Origin: a bacterium
Lineage (GTDB): Bacteria > Electryoneota > JAOADG01
DNA length: 64,000 nt
Direction of reading: 5' to 3'
Assembly (NCBI GenBank): GCA_963681965.1
Contig: OY820579.1
Coordinates: forward strand, 1,504,001 to 1,568,000
Positions 1 through 9,997 of this stretch are shown here, piece by piece (position 1 is the stretch's first letter; the number at the start of each line of letters is the position of its first letter). Below the pieces are notes generated by a model. That model was given only the letters and a program-made list of their open reading frames with translations. It ran no database searches and was not told the DNA's origin. The translations under genes were made by a program, and so were the position numbers.

Positions 1-528
1 CCGACAAATGTGGCGAATGCGTTCGTTTTCTCAACTTCTACCACCAATCCCAATCTAAAACACTTATATCACAACGATATGACTGTCGGGGGAAATTACG
101 CAGTCGTAGCGTCTTACCTCGGAACCGGATTGCTCGATTCTTCGGGAACGAATACGATTGGTGGATATCCAGCGACGATCGAAAACGGAAAGACGCTTGT
201 CGGAAAAAAGGGTACTCCAGTAGAGGGATTACGAATTTCCTTCAGCTATCCCGGAGGCGGAGCCGGTTCTTTGTCCGGTACGATTCGGATCGGCAAAGGC
301 GCAGCGGCACTTTTCAGCGATACATTGAAACGCGAACTAGATTCCGATACCGGAACTACGACTTCGGCAAAAAAAACACTCAATAGTGAGATGGATTCGC
401 TCGATACAAGAATAGCAGACGAGCAAAAGCGAATCGAAGAGTATCGCACCATGCTCCAACGCAAATACCAGGCGGCGGAGGAAATGATTTCGAAAATTAA
501 GAATCAAATGAGTTCTGTAACTGGTTGA
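1..528 (+). CDS. fliD: Flagellar filament cap protein FliD, C-terminal part (5'-truncated by window edge)
   Basis: Frame open from base 1; C-terminal coiled coil 'LNSEMDSLDTRIADEQKRIEEYRTMLQRKYQAAEEMISKIKNQ' typical of FliD_C; directly upstream of fliS. Confidence 0.85.
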   Translation, partial: PTNVANAFVFSTSTTNPNLKHLYHNDMTVGGNYAVVASYLGTGLLDSSGTNTIGGYPATIENGKTLVGKKGTPVEGLRISFSYPGGGAGSLSGTIRIGKGAAALFSDTLKRELDSDTGTTTSAKKTLNSEMDSLDTRIADEQKRIEEYRTMLQRKYQAAEEMISKIKNQMSSVTG

Positions 529-541
529 TATTGAGGTAAGA

Positions 542-955
542 ATGGCACGGTTTAACCCTTACGAACAGTATTTGAACATCGATGCGGAAACTACCGATCA
601 GGTCGGATTAATCATTTTATTGTATGACGCCGCGATTAGGTATCTCCGCGAGGCGAGGGGTAATTTTGACCGAAATGAACCGGCGACTGCTGGTGCATCC
701 TTAGAAAAGGCACGAGCGACGATTTCCGAACTACGCGCCACCCTGAACCTAGAAAAAGGGGGAGAGATTGCAACTAGTTTGATGAAGTTGTACAATTTTG
801 TCAATCACGAAATACTCTTGACAAATGCGATGCGCGAACCCCATCGTTTAGACAACGTCATAAAAGTCTTGGCGAATATTCGCGAAGGCTGGTTGAGTAT
901 TGCCAAACCGAACTCACAACCACAACCGCGCGTCGCGACGAATTTCTCGGTCTGA
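542..955 (+). CDS. fliS: Flagellin export chaperone FliS
   Basis: 'LIILLYDAAIRYL...ISELRATLNLEKGGEIATSLMKLYNF...IREGW' matches the FliS pattern; GAGG RBS. Confidence 0.93.
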   Translation: MARFNPYEQYLNIDAETTDQVGLIILLYDAAIRYLREARGNFDRNEPATAGASLEKARATISELRATLNLEKGGEIATSLMKLYNFVNHEILLTNAMREPHRLDNVIKVLANIREGWLSIAKPNSQPQPRVATNFSV

Positions 956-996
956 TCCGGGCGATTCAAGGATAATAGAAGGAAGTAGGAGTAATC

Positions 997-1494
997 ATGG
1001 CTATCACCCCACTGCAAGGACCACTTGACCCAAGACGCTTGCGGGAGGCGGCAGGAACTGCGCAGACCGAAAAAGTCGCAGGAACCGAGAAATCAACTCG
1101 GGAAGTTGGCGACCGATTGGCGGCAAGCACGGATCGTACGTCGTTTGCGCAGGATGCAATCGAACTTCAGCACGAAGTTACCGTAGCCAAAGCTGCACTG
1201 GAAAATGTTCCCGATGTCCGTGCCGACCGAATGGCTGCGGTGCAGGAGCGACTTGCGAATGGTTTTTACGATCGACCCGAGGTGCTGGACGAGGTCGCGA
1301 ATCGAATGGCGGGCGATCCGGCAATATATCCAACCGATGACGATCTCGACGAGACAAAACCGCAGCAAGCTGCATCGCGAGGGGCAATCGAAAAACGTTT
1401 GGCAACCGGTTATTACGATCAAACGAAAGTGAAGAATGAAATTGCCGAGCGGTTGGCGCAAGACGTTTCCAATCGGGTTGACACGAAATCGTAA
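997..1494 (+). CDS. flgM: FlgM-like anti-sigma28 factor with duplicated C-terminal motif
   Basis: 'VPDVRADRMAAVQERLANGFY...EVANRM' is FlgM-like, with a second copy 'AIEKRLATGYY...EIAERL'; AGGAG RBS; follows fliS. Confidence 0.65.
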   Translation: MAITPLQGPLDPRRLREAAGTAQTEKVAGTEKSTREVGDRLAASTDRTSFAQDAIELQHEVTVAKAALENVPDVRADRMAAVQERLANGFYDRPEVLDEVANRMAGDPAIYPTDDDLDETKPQQAASRGAIEKRLATGYYDQTKVKNEIAERLAQDVSNRVDTKS

Positions 1495-1511
1495 CATCTT
1501 CTTTTTGGAAG

Positions 1512-1545
1512 AAAAAAAAACGACGGAGTTTCCGTCGTTTTTTTT
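1512..1545. terminator. Intrinsic terminator, bidirectional
   Basis: A9-CGACGGA-GTT-TCCGTCG-T8 hairpin after flgM. Confidence 0.9.
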
Positions 1546-1711
1546 GTTTCAAATTTCTCGTCAAAGCGTTATTCACCTAATTAATCCCGTATCTCCGTGC
1601 TCAGAATAGATTACTAGTCTCGGTAAATTTCTTAGTTTTTGGAATTTTGAATTGTATGTAATAAAATATTTGTTTAGTTTATGTTCTTAGTAATCTTCCA
1701 TTTGGGTCGCT

Positions 1712-4012
1712 ATGAAACCGCTCTCCTTTCAATTGCACCGTTTCGCAATGATAATATTTCTTTGCGTTACACTGTCATCATCACTATCCGCTCACACTAT
1801 CCGAGTCAGCTCGCTCAATCCCGATCGGTCAGTCAATAGCACTCTTCATTATCAAGGTCTTCCAGTTCCGGCAGGAAATTTGATTCAAGTGATTAAACCG
1901 GATCCTGACGGTGTACTCAATCCTCCCGAGAATAATGGATATGTTTCGAGACACAACCGACTGGTGGGAAGTTACGCGATGGGCGATTCCGCCGCTGGTG
2001 ACGGAAACTTCGATTTTTCGCTATTCGGTCATAACACTTATACCAAATTCCTCTACTTAACTGACAATGACGGCAGTAATATCCGATTTGTTACCGGCGA
2101 TACGTTAGATGGTCCCGTCCATACTAACACCTATTTCACGATGGATGGGCGACCAGCGTTTTTAAGCGCGATCTCGAGTTCCGGAGTTTATTCCAGCTCA
2201 AGTCCATATAATCGATATTCGACTTCGACTGACCCCTACTTTGCAGTTACACCGGTGTGGGGTGGAGCAACAATCTACCTTCCCGCAACAGTCGATTCTT
2301 TTCGCACTGCGGCGCAAAATGGTGGAATAGTTTACACCAATCAGACATTATATGTGCAATTCAACGAAGACGGAACATATTCTACAAAAACCACTTCAAC
2401 TGGATCGTGGATCGTACACACCCGACCTTGGAATGGCATCATTTTCGTCGGTCCTGCAGACGGCACTTCCACTACATATACCGGGTATGTGCAGGGTGTT
2501 GTTCGTGGTAGCTATACCCTTGCCTGTCAAGGCAATATCAACATCACTGGCAATCTAGTATACTCCACCGATCCAAGCAATTCCAATTCAACCGATATTC
2601 TAGCGCTAGTTGCGCAATTGAATGTTGCGTTGACGAACAGTGTTGCGGATAGCGATCGAACGATCATGTCATTCATTATGACTATAAACGAATCTGCCGT
2701 CAACAATACCAGCAATTTTTATAATAGTCAGTACACTTCTGTCAAATCCGGCTACCTTCACTTATATGGTGGACTGGCGATGAGAAAACGGGGTGCGATG
2801 GGTCAGGGTACCGGCAGCACACGAACCGGTTACTTGAAAGACTATCATTACGACACCCGCTTATACCAACTTGTTCCGCCCGGATTTACCAATGACTCGC
2901 TTACTTCGCCATATCTATCCTCTGATCAACAATTCTACTTGCGCTGTTGGGCGGATGTGCCGCTATCGGGAGTATTTCAACCCAATTCTCACTATACCGA
3001 TATCGGACCGTTTACTTTTGGGATGGCGAATCTATATAGCATCGATCTGACGACACCCGTTTGGCATAATCTCAAAGGTATTAACTTAATCAATACTCAC
3101 AGTGGCGATACATTGATCATTGGCACGAGTACGAATATTTATTGGTCGGCAGATACCTTGATTCCGCGAGTTAATATCCTACTGAATCGCCACTACCCCG
3201 TGGGGACTTGGGATACGATCGCGACCCATATTTCTTCCACTACCAGCTATTGCACTTGGCAAGTGATCGGTGAATCGACCAATGAAGCACGAATTCGCAT
3301 CGAATCCGCCGACGATCCCAGTGTGTTCGATATGTCCAGAAACAATTTTTTAATCCAACCGATGCTTACATTGATGAATCTTCAAGGTGGCGATTCGATC
3401 TCGGTGGGAAACACAATCATCTTTTTTTGGGATGCACCGACTTACGTTAACCATTTCCATGTTTTGTTGAATCGCCACTATCCCGAAAGTACATGGGATA
3501 CCTTGGCAGCAAACTATTCCTATAACACCTCCGGACCTTTCACGTGGCAAGTTGTGGGTGAATTAACAAATTCTGCGCGCTTCCGCATCGAATGGGCGAA
3601 TAATCCCCTCGTCTACGATATGTCCTCTTCCAATATCGTCATTCGCTGCAGTACTCCCGCACCACCCGGCAACCTCACGATTTCACTGCATGACAATGAC
3701 GCGATCCTAAATTGGGATCGTGTGGATACCACTATTCTCGGCGATCCGGTGTATGTCTATGGCTATGGGATCTACTACCGATTCCAATCGGATGAAGGCT
3801 GGCGCTATCTTGATTTTGTCGATGCACCGACATTGACCTTTATCCTCGTAGGGGCTGTGCAACTAGACTCAGCGATGTATTATCGAGTGAAGGCGTATGT
3901 CACTCAAATGTCAAGTGACTCCTTCGAACGAATACGCCAAACGATCCCGGTGGATCCATTGAAACTCGAAAACACACATGGCAGACAGAGTGATCCGATC
4001 CGTCGGAAGTAG
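1712..4012 (+). CDS. Secreted multidomain protein: DUF4900/PilX-C-terminal-like domain, two Ig-like repeats, C-terminal FN3-like domain
   Basis: Signal peptide; 'LYGGLAMRKRGAMG...GYLKDYHYDTRL...PPGF' motif; two repeats containing 'LLNRHYP.xTWDT.A...WQV.GE.TN.AR.RIE'; 'PAPPGNLTISL...LNWD' FN3-like end. Confidence 0.6.
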   Translation: MKPLSFQLHRFAMIIFLCVTLSSSLSAHTIRVSSLNPDRSVNSTLHYQGLPVPAGNLIQVIKPDPDGVLNPPENNGYVSRHNRLVGSYAMGDSAAGDGNFDFSLFGHNTYTKFLYLTDNDGSNIRFVTGDTLDGPVHTNTYFTMDGRPAFLSAISSSGVYSSSSPYNRYSTSTDPYFAVTPVWGGATIYLPATVDSFRTAAQNGGIVYTNQTLYVQFNEDGTYSTKTTSTGSWIVHTRPWNGIIFVGPADGTSTTYTGYVQGVVRGSYTLACQGNINITGNLVYSTDPSNSNSTDILALVAQLNVALTNSVADSDRTIMSFIMTINESAVNNTSNFYNSQYTSVKSGYLHLYGGLAMRKRGAMGQGTGSTRTGYLKDYHYDTRLYQLVPPGFTNDSLTSPYLSSDQQFYLRCWADVPLSGVFQPNSHYTDIGPFTFGMANLYSIDLTTPVWHNLKGINLINTHSGDTLIIGTSTNIYWSADTLIPRVNILLNRHYPVGTWDTIATHISSTTSYCTWQVIGESTNEARIRIESADDPSVFDMSRNNFLIQPMLTLMNLQGGDSISVGNTIIFFWDAPTYVNHFHVLLNRHYPESTWDTLAANYSYNTSGPFTWQVVGELTNSARFRIEWANNPLVYDMSSSNIVIRCSTPAPPGNLTISLHDNDAILNWDRVDTTILGDPVYVYGYGIYYRFQSDEGWRYLDFVDAPTLTFILVGAVQLDSAMYYRVKAYVTQMSSDSFERIRQTIPVDPLKLENTHGRQSDPIRRK

Positions 4013-4015
4013 GTT

Positions 4016-4555
4016 TTACAGGATGTCTCGAAGTTTACGCCATTCGATCAATTTGTCTTGATAGGTCAACCCAACTCCACCGGTGCTTCCAGCTCGACCG
4101 CTGCTGGAGGGGAGTATCCAGATCCGCGTAGTCGTATCGCCCAATAGCCCAGCATCGCCGTACTGCTTTAAGAGTTTCTGCTGCGTTAATATCCGCCCGA
4201 TTCCTAATCCATTGGCTGCGAGCCACACTGGATGCAATTGGCGAACATGCTTTAATATCTTCTCGCGACCGGAAAGTAGTTCCGATGTTGTTAGTTCGTT
4301 ACCACTTACCGTTGGGCGATCCACTAAATCGATCAATCCCAACTGATATTGATTCAATCGCGATACTTCACTCGGAATGAGTAGGGTTTCAGTAAATCCA
4401 GCATCGAACAGCAACCGCCAAAATCGATTGATGGGATGTGCATAGGGGCATTGCGTTTCAAATGATCGGATGCCAGGATTGTAACCGACAAACCAGCATC
4501 GATCTGATAAAGAAATATGGGGCTTCCAAACCGAAAATTTATCACAGTGTATCAT
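4016..4555 (-). CDS. mug: Mismatch-specific uracil-DNA glycosylase (MUG/TDG family)
   Basis: 'FVGYNPG', 'YAHPINRFWRLL', 'LPSSSG' motifs. Confidence 0.85.
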   Translation of the reverse strand: MIHCDKFSVWKPHISLSDRCWFVGYNPGIRSFETQCPYAHPINRFWRLLFDAGFTETLLIPSEVSRLNQYQLGLIDLVDRPTVSGNELTTSELLSGREKILKHVRQLHPVWLAANGLGIGRILTQQKLLKQYGDAGLLGDTTTRIWILPSSSGRAGSTGGVGLTYQDKLIEWRKLRDIL

Positions 4556-4675
4556 TATTAACCACTACCTGACAAATTGGATAAAATATAATCACTCTGA
4601 AAAATACTCTCACGATCTTTAGACACTTGATGATTTGATGCGAAGTAAAAAAAATTCCAATTACCGACCAGACTG

Positions 4676-4704
4676 TTGACTTGGTTCATTACAATGGGTA
4701 CAAT
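4676..4704 (+). promoter_or_regulatory. Sigma70-type promoter
   Basis: TTGACT-17 nt-TACAAT upstream of the 4746 gene. Confidence 0.6.
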
Positions 4705-4745
4705 ATAGAGCAGTTATGATGAACTGTCGAAAAGGAGATGGTAAC

Positions 4746-5168
4746 GTGAAACGATTAGTTGTATTTGTTATTTTGATGCTGCTGGCTACAGCAGCTCTCG
4801 CCCAAACGACTATTTGTGGGTATGTTTATTTGAATGGTCCGGAAGTGCGCCCCTTGGCACGACCGCTACCGGGAGTCGTGGTCACTCTTTCATACCGAAT
4901 CTCGCCGTCAGGTATGACTCGGATGCTACAAACGATCACGCGTGAGGACGGATCGTATGCTTTCCCCAATTTAGGTCCGGGAAATTATATGTTAGCGACT
5001 GCTGCACGCGGCTTGGTTTCGCGACCAGTTGTCGTAACAGTCCGACGACCTGCACCAGCGCAACGAATGATTGTCAACCTGTATATGTATCGTTTGATTC
5101 GACCGATTGTACCTGAGCCGATCGACGCAACACAACCGATTATTACTTCTTCGACAAATACCCAATAA
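4746..5168 (+). CDS. Secreted carboxypeptidase-regulatory-like (prealbumin-fold) domain protein
   Basis: GTG start after AAGGAG; signal peptide; 'PLPGVVVTL...TITREDGSYAFPNLGPGNYML'. Confidence 0.7.
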   Translation: MKRLVVFVILMLLATAALAQTTICGYVYLNGPEVRPLARPLPGVVVTLSYRISPSGMTRMLQTITREDGSYAFPNLGPGNYMLATAARGLVSRPVVVTVRRPAPAQRMIVNLYMYRLIRPIVPEPIDATQPIITSSTNTQ

Positions 5169-5192
5169 GAGTTTTTCATTGAGTAAAACAAT

Positions 5193-5218
5193 AAGGGGCA
5201 GCAGTGCTGCCCCTTTTG
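5193..5218. terminator. Intrinsic terminator between convergent genes
   Basis: AAGGGGCAGCA-G-TGCTGCCCCTT inverted repeat followed by T residues. Confidence 0.75.
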
Positions 5219-5235
5219 TATTGATATCGAATTGA

Positions 5236-5781
5236 CTACTTGATATCGATCAGTTCAACTTCGAACACTAGCGTTGAGTTGGCGGGAATTAATCCACCAC
5301 CGACATCGCGATCGCCGTATCCGAGTGTTGGCGGGATAAACAACTTACGCACGCCACCCTTTTTCATCGACATGACGCCTTCGTCCCACCCTTTAATGAC
5401 TTGACCGACGCCGATCTGAAAGCTAAATGGTTCATTGCGGTCTTTGCTGCTGTCGAATTTCTTGCCGTCCTTCAACCAGCCGGTATAATGCACGACTACA
5501 TTCTTTTCCGCGACTGGAGATTCACCGGTTCCGACTTTGATGTCTTGCCATTCCAAGCCACTCTCAGCTTTATGCATTTTTAATTTCGGTACGGCTGCTG
5601 CTGGATTCATGTTCTTCTTTTCCGCTTTCTTGGTTTCGGTTTTGGCTGCTTTTTCCGCTTGGACATCGACCTTGGGGGTCTCTTCCGTTGCAGTAGTTTC
5701 TCCAGCCCCTTCGGGATCGCCTGCTAATGCGATGCCACCGGTAAATGCGACTGCTAAAGCTAGAATTGCGACTTTCTTCAT
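5236..5781 (-). CDS. FKBP-type peptidyl-prolyl cis-trans isomerase, exported
   Basis: '[18 protein letters not shown]', '[10 protein letters not shown]', '[13 protein letters not shown]'; signal peptide. Confidence 0.95.
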   Translation of the reverse strand: MKKVAILALAVAFTGGIALAGDPEGAGETTATEETPKVDVQAEKAAKTETKKAEKKNMNPAAAVPKLKMHKAESGLEWQDIKVGTGESPVAEKNVVVHYTGWLKDGKKFDSSKDRNEPFSFQIGVGQVIKGWDEGVMSMKKGGVRKLFIPPTLGYGDRDVGGGLIPANSTLVFEVELIDIK

Positions 5782-5983
5782 GCGATTTCCTTTCTGGTTG
5801 AATTTCGAACGGTAGAATATAATGAAAAAACGTTACCGGAAGACAAAAATGAGATTGATGTCTGATTTCGCTTGTTGCGAGACAGACTTGGTGTCTATCT
5901 TACAGAGTCGGTAGCGATCGGGAAGTGTGCCCCCCGATTGCTGAGGATGCCGTTCGACAAGCACTGTTTAGCGAGATATAACC

Positions 5984-8905
5984 ATGAATTCGAACAGTCG
6001 TTTTCCGGTATCGGTGATTATACTGATAACGTTCCTACTGGTTCCCGCGGTTTTTGCCCAGACAGACAATATTGTTTATCCAACCGATTCGCGACAACTC
6101 ACGATTACTCCTATCGATGGAAAGGGTTATCGACTCGAGTGGACCCGCGAATCGAGCGAGAATGGCTGGATTGTGCAATCGTCGACCAATCCTTATGTGT
6201 CTTCTCCGCAGTGGCAAACCGTACTGCGAACCAGTGCACTGACTTGCGACTTGGATCCATTCGATAGCACTCTCTATTACCGCGTCGTAGCGGATCCTTC
6301 GGCGGCGGTTATCTCCGAATTTAACTGGCTTACAATTGATTCATCGATCACGCTATCGAGTTATGGTACTGGCGACGTCGACACGGCTGCTTGGTCGGTG
6401 GTTCCGGGAGGGGACAATGGGCTTGCCCTGCGACTGACCGGAAATTCGTGGAAAGTCCTGCAATTACAGACACCTCGACGAATCACGCGCGATTTTGCAG
6501 TCGGTGTCTCGGTGAAGCGCGAAACCAAATCGGAATGGCAAGCAATTGGATTTGTCGATAGCAGTGGACATGCCGCTTGGTTCACTTTTGGTGGAAAAGA
6601 GACCCGCTGGGGTGATTCGATTTACAATTCATGGTCGGAAGTACCGCCATTTAATTACTGGTCACGGTGGCGGTTACCAGTGGGCGAACAATTCGCTTCG
6701 TTCTATCAGCGCAATGGCTACTTGACTCAAATTGTTTTCGTCAACGACAATGACACGACCAATCCTGACGGGATCTGGCAGATCAGCCGATTAACCGATG
6801 CCACCGGCGATCAATATCTCCAACCGGAGCTATCTGCGCGAATTTCTTCGAGCGAAAATATGAGTGTATCGCTTGAAGCATTGAGCAATGGTCAACCCAT
6901 TACCCGCGGGGTTGTGACTTGGGAAGGGGATGCCGAAACAAGAGCGCAAGGGCAGACAGCACAACTTTCTTTCCGACAAGGTGGCGATAAAAAAATACTC
7001 TGCCGCTGGATTGATGTCGACCGAGTTGAACGCTGGATCTGGTTATCGGTTCATATCGATGCGACACCACTACCGAAAACATCTTTTACCTATTGTGCTG
7101 TCGGCGATATCATGATTGCCCGCCGAATCGTGGATGAAGGGGTTCTCAACCGTGTCGGTCTCGATGGATTATTTGGTAGAGTGAGTTCGTATCTCCGCGG
7201 ATTCGACTTAACCACCGGTAATACCGAATGCGCCTATTCGATTGTTGCCAACCAACACCCCAATAAGACCTATACTTTCAAAGGTCTACCAGATTATGTG
7301 CCGGTTTTTACCCGCAACGGGATTCAGATTGCCAGTCTCGCTAATAATCATACAGGAGACTATGGTGACGATGCATTGCGCGAAACCTTCGATCATTACA
7401 ATGAGAACGGATTGATGTACACTGGTGCCGGGTTGAACGACGGCGAAGCGTGGCGACCGGCGATTGTTTATCGAGGTGGTCAGCGGATTGCCGTTTTTGG
7501 GTATTGCACGTTGACTGGACGCGATCAAAACCAAGCACCTTACCTCGACGCAGCACCTCATAAAGGGGGCTTCAACTGGGCTCGTCGTGATATTATCGAC
7601 GAACAATTCGCCAAAGTACGACCCTATGTCGATTTCATTATTGTTCAATTCCATATCGGATTGACCGAATATGTAACTGATCCCGATGCCGGTCCGCATA
7701 CCAGTATGGTTCAAGATCCTGAGGAAGATGCTTACGAATTGGCTAGCAGCGATACGATGGGTGTCAACCTTGCCGATTATATGCTCGACCACGGTGCCGA
7801 TTTGGTGATCTGCCATGGACCGCACGTTCCGCAAGGTGTCGTGAAGCGTCCCAACGGAAAGTATATCGCTTACTCGTTGGGAAATTTCCTTTTCGATCAA
7901 TATCTACCTGAAACGTTTCCATCGATCTCATTCGAAGCCGATGTCAATCGCTTCAGTCGTGTGCGCGAGGCACGGATTCGTCCGATCTATATCGATGGTT
8001 ATCTTCCCGGTCCCGCCTCAGGTAGAGTGGCGACCCGGATTTTAAATCATATCGGGGCATTGTCGGTACAATTCGGAACAGCTTTAGTCGAACCAGCCGA
8101 TGGATCGCAACTTCGGGTCATTGGCGATAGCGCGTACTTTACCAGTATTTCACTACCCAACGATACTCTGACTATTCCACTCGATACGTCAGGATCGATC
8201 CGGATTTCAGCACCAATTCAATTCAGCGATACCGGTGTCGTAGATCGAGTTGAACTGATTTCTCCCGATACTGGAACAGTGAGTTATCGACTCGGTACCG
8301 ACCAATTATACGGTGTCGGCGATATGGAAGATGAAGGGTCTCCAACGTTCCTCACGTTCCCAACAACGGGTGCGTTACTCGACGATTCGCTATCGTTTGC
8401 CGGTAGACGTTCGCTCCGGCTGCGAAGAACTTCCGGAACATCGACATTATCAATTCCGACCGTCCAACGCTGGGTGATCGATCGCAACAGCAACTATACC
8501 GTGTGTCTCAGAGTACTACCGGGCGCTGCTGCAGGAACGAACCTCCGATTGGATTGGTGGCGAGCACGGGTCGGCGATTATGGCAATGGGAACCTGCTTA
8601 TCTTCCAACCAGCCCCAGGCAATCAATGGCTGTATATGTATGCCGATCTTAATTCAAGTAATATTCCCGACCGCACAAACTGCCTGCAATTCCGTTTCCG
8701 GCAAGCTAGCACCGGTGTGACGTCGGCGTATTTCGACGATCTTGCGTTTGTGCTATGGGGTTTCGATTGGACCAGTCAGACAACATTCACATTACCCAAT
8801 CCACATGAATGGACGCATCTTCAGGTGCAAACTTCCAATTACAATTCGACTTCGATGCGTGTGATTCTGCATCGATCGAGATTGGTTGCGACTTCCCGCG
8901 ATTAA
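5984..8905 (+). CDS. Large secreted CapA/PGA_cap-family metallophosphoesterase with extra N- and C-terminal domains
   Basis: 'AVGDIM', 'GNTEC', 'SLANNHTGDYG', 'HGPHVPQ', 'YSLGNFLFDQ'; signal peptide. Confidence 0.8.
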   Translation: MNSNSRFPVSVIILITFLLVPAVFAQTDNIVYPTDSRQLTITPIDGKGYRLEWTRESSENGWIVQSSTNPYVSSPQWQTVLRTSALTCDLDPFDSTLYYRVVADPSAAVISEFNWLTIDSSITLSSYGTGDVDTAAWSVVPGGDNGLALRLTGNSWKVLQLQTPRRITRDFAVGVSVKRETKSEWQAIGFVDSSGHAAWFTFGGKETRWGDSIYNSWSEVPPFNYWSRWRLPVGEQFASFYQRNGYLTQIVFVNDNDTTNPDGIWQISRLTDATGDQYLQPELSARISSSENMSVSLEALSNGQPITRGVVTWEGDAETRAQGQTAQLSFRQGGDKKILCRWIDVDRVERWIWLSVHIDATPLPKTSFTYCAVGDIMIARRIVDEGVLNRVGLDGLFGRVSSYLRGFDLTTGNTECAYSIVANQHPNKTYTFKGLPDYVPVFTRNGIQIASLANNHTGDYGDDALRETFDHYNENGLMYTGAGLNDGEAWRPAIVYRGGQRIAVFGYCTLTGRDQNQAPYLDAAPHKGGFNWARRDIIDEQFAKVRPYVDFIIVQFHIGLTEYVTDPDAGPHTSMVQDPEEDAYELASSDTMGVNLADYMLDHGADLVICHGPHVPQGVVKRPNGKYIAYSLGNFLFDQYLPETFPSISFEADVNRFSRVREARIRPIYIDGYLPGPASGRVATRILNHIGALSVQFGTALVEPADGSQLRVIGDSAYFTSISLPNDTLTIPLDTSGSIRISAPIQFSDTGVVDRVELISPDTGTVSYRLGTDQLYGVGDMEDEGSPTFLTFPTTGALLDDSLSFAGRRSLRLRRTSGTSTLSIPTVQRWVIDRNSNYTVCLRVLPGAAAGTNLRLDWWRARVGDYGNGNLLIFQPAPGNQWLYMYADLNSSNIPDRTNCLQFRFRQASTGVTSAYFDDLAFVLWGFDWTSQTTFTLPNPHEWTHLQVQTSNYNSTSMRVILHRSRLVATSRD

Positions 8906-8924
8906 GAGACTATAGGCGTGAATC

Positions 8925-8954
8925 AAAAAGCCTTGAGCAATCAAGGCTTTTTTT
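8925..8954. terminator. Intrinsic terminator, bidirectional
   Basis: AAAAAGCCTTGA-GCAA-TCAAGGCTTTTTTT between the capA-like gene and the convergent tRNA. Confidence 0.9.
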
Positions 8955-8973
8955 GTAAGTAATGATGGGGTAG

Positions 8974-9046
8974 TAGCGCATAGGGGGTTCGAACCCCTGT
9001 TACCGGCGTGAGAGGCCGACGTCCTAGACCACTAGACGAATGCGCC
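8974..9046 (-). tRNA. tRNA-Glu (anticodon CTC); 3' CCA not encoded
   Basis: Reverse complement GGCGCATTCGTCTAGTGGTCTAGGACGTCGGCCTCTCACGCCGGTAACAGGGGTTCGAACCCCCTATGCGCTA folds as a cloverleaf; followed by CTA, not CCA. Confidence 0.95.
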
Positions 9047-9062
9047 AAAGCTTCGAGTTGTC

Positions 9063-9091
9063 AAGGTACATTATCCTGTTGCGCCTGTCAA
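9063..9091 (-). promoter_or_regulatory. Sigma70-type promoter of the tRNA
   Basis: Minus strand TTGACA-17 nt-TACCTT just upstream of the tRNA 5' end. Confidence 0.6.
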
Positions 9092-9198
9092 GCTCGATCT
9101 TATCTCTCGTGCAACTCGAGTTTTGTCGCTAATCGTCGATCGAAACATCACAATGTTTCGATTCTAAATAAATGAGAATGCTTCGGAAAGATACCGGT

Positions 9199-9723
9199 TT
9201 ATTGCCTTGGTGGTATCGATTCCCGAACAGCTTTCGCAATTTCATCGGCTGGAAGTGAATAGTGCATCATCACGTTGATCCACTTGCCTTCGCGCTTTTC
9301 CAGCACTCCTGTCCAACGGGCATGAACCCAATCGGTCGGATGCCCATCCCATTCCCCCCGATCGTCCAAAATACAGGCATACCATGCGACATTCCCCGAA
9401 TACCAGATCTTCAGATCCTTGATCTCGGTGCCTTTGGCTTGGAATTTGGGATTGAGATAGACCTGTTCGGCAAGTTGATGAAATGGTTCGAATCCATCGA
9501 TAATGTCGGTCGAATTGGGCATGAAAATGAAAAACGAAGTATCTTTTGCGCAGACATTATACAATCGATTGATGTCTTTCGTCGGATACGGCCACATGAC
9601 CACCGATCGAATAGCGGTTTCGATTTGAGCCAGCTCCAGCGCATCGGTAGGATTGGAAATTGCTGTCATCGGTACTCCTAGAATGAAGATAAGTGAAAGC
9701 ACTAGTATTGATCGAGAAATCAT
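9199..9723 (-). CDS. Secreted NTF2/SnoaL-like domain protein
   Basis: Signal peptide; 'GNVAWYACILDD...ARWTGVLEKREGKWINVMMHYS'. Confidence 0.75.
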   Translation of the reverse strand: MISRSILVLSLIFILGVPMTAISNPTDALELAQIETAIRSVVMWPYPTKDINRLYNVCAKDTSFFIFMPNSTDIIDGFEPFHQLAEQVYLNPKFQAKGTEIKDLKIWYSGNVAWYACILDDRGEWDGHPTDWVHARWTGVLEKREGKWINVMMHYSLPADEIAKAVRESIPPRQ

Positions 9724-9895
9724 ATATAACTCCTTCTGCAGATCGTATCTTCGGCATGAATTTATTGCCTTCAGAAATAAAGTAATTGCAATGCAAAGGA
9801 ATGTATAATTCGGTCATTCACGATTATGACCACTTGATTCGTTTGTGCTGTATGAATTATCGACAACGTTTCGGGAATTATACTTGAAATTATAT

Positions 9896-9997
9896 TTCTT
9901 GAAAATAAGTTGTTATCGGTAGTAGGGGCGGACCCCCGCGTCCGCCCGCAGGTCAGGCGAAGCTTGACACCTAATCATGACAACTTATTTTCAAGAA
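9896..9997. mobile_element. MITE-like element: 21-bp terminal inverted repeats enclosing a GTAG-type REP
   Basis: TTCTTGAAAATAAGTTGTTAT (9896-9916) vs ATGACAACTTATTTTCAAGAA (9977-9997), 20/21 complementary; internal GTAGGGGCGGAC..GTCCGCCC (9922-9947). Confidence 0.6.

Noticed and set aside
8974-9200. tRNA-Glu as an integration site for an island or prophage
   Set aside because: No integrase and no duplicated tRNA 3' end noticed in the window.
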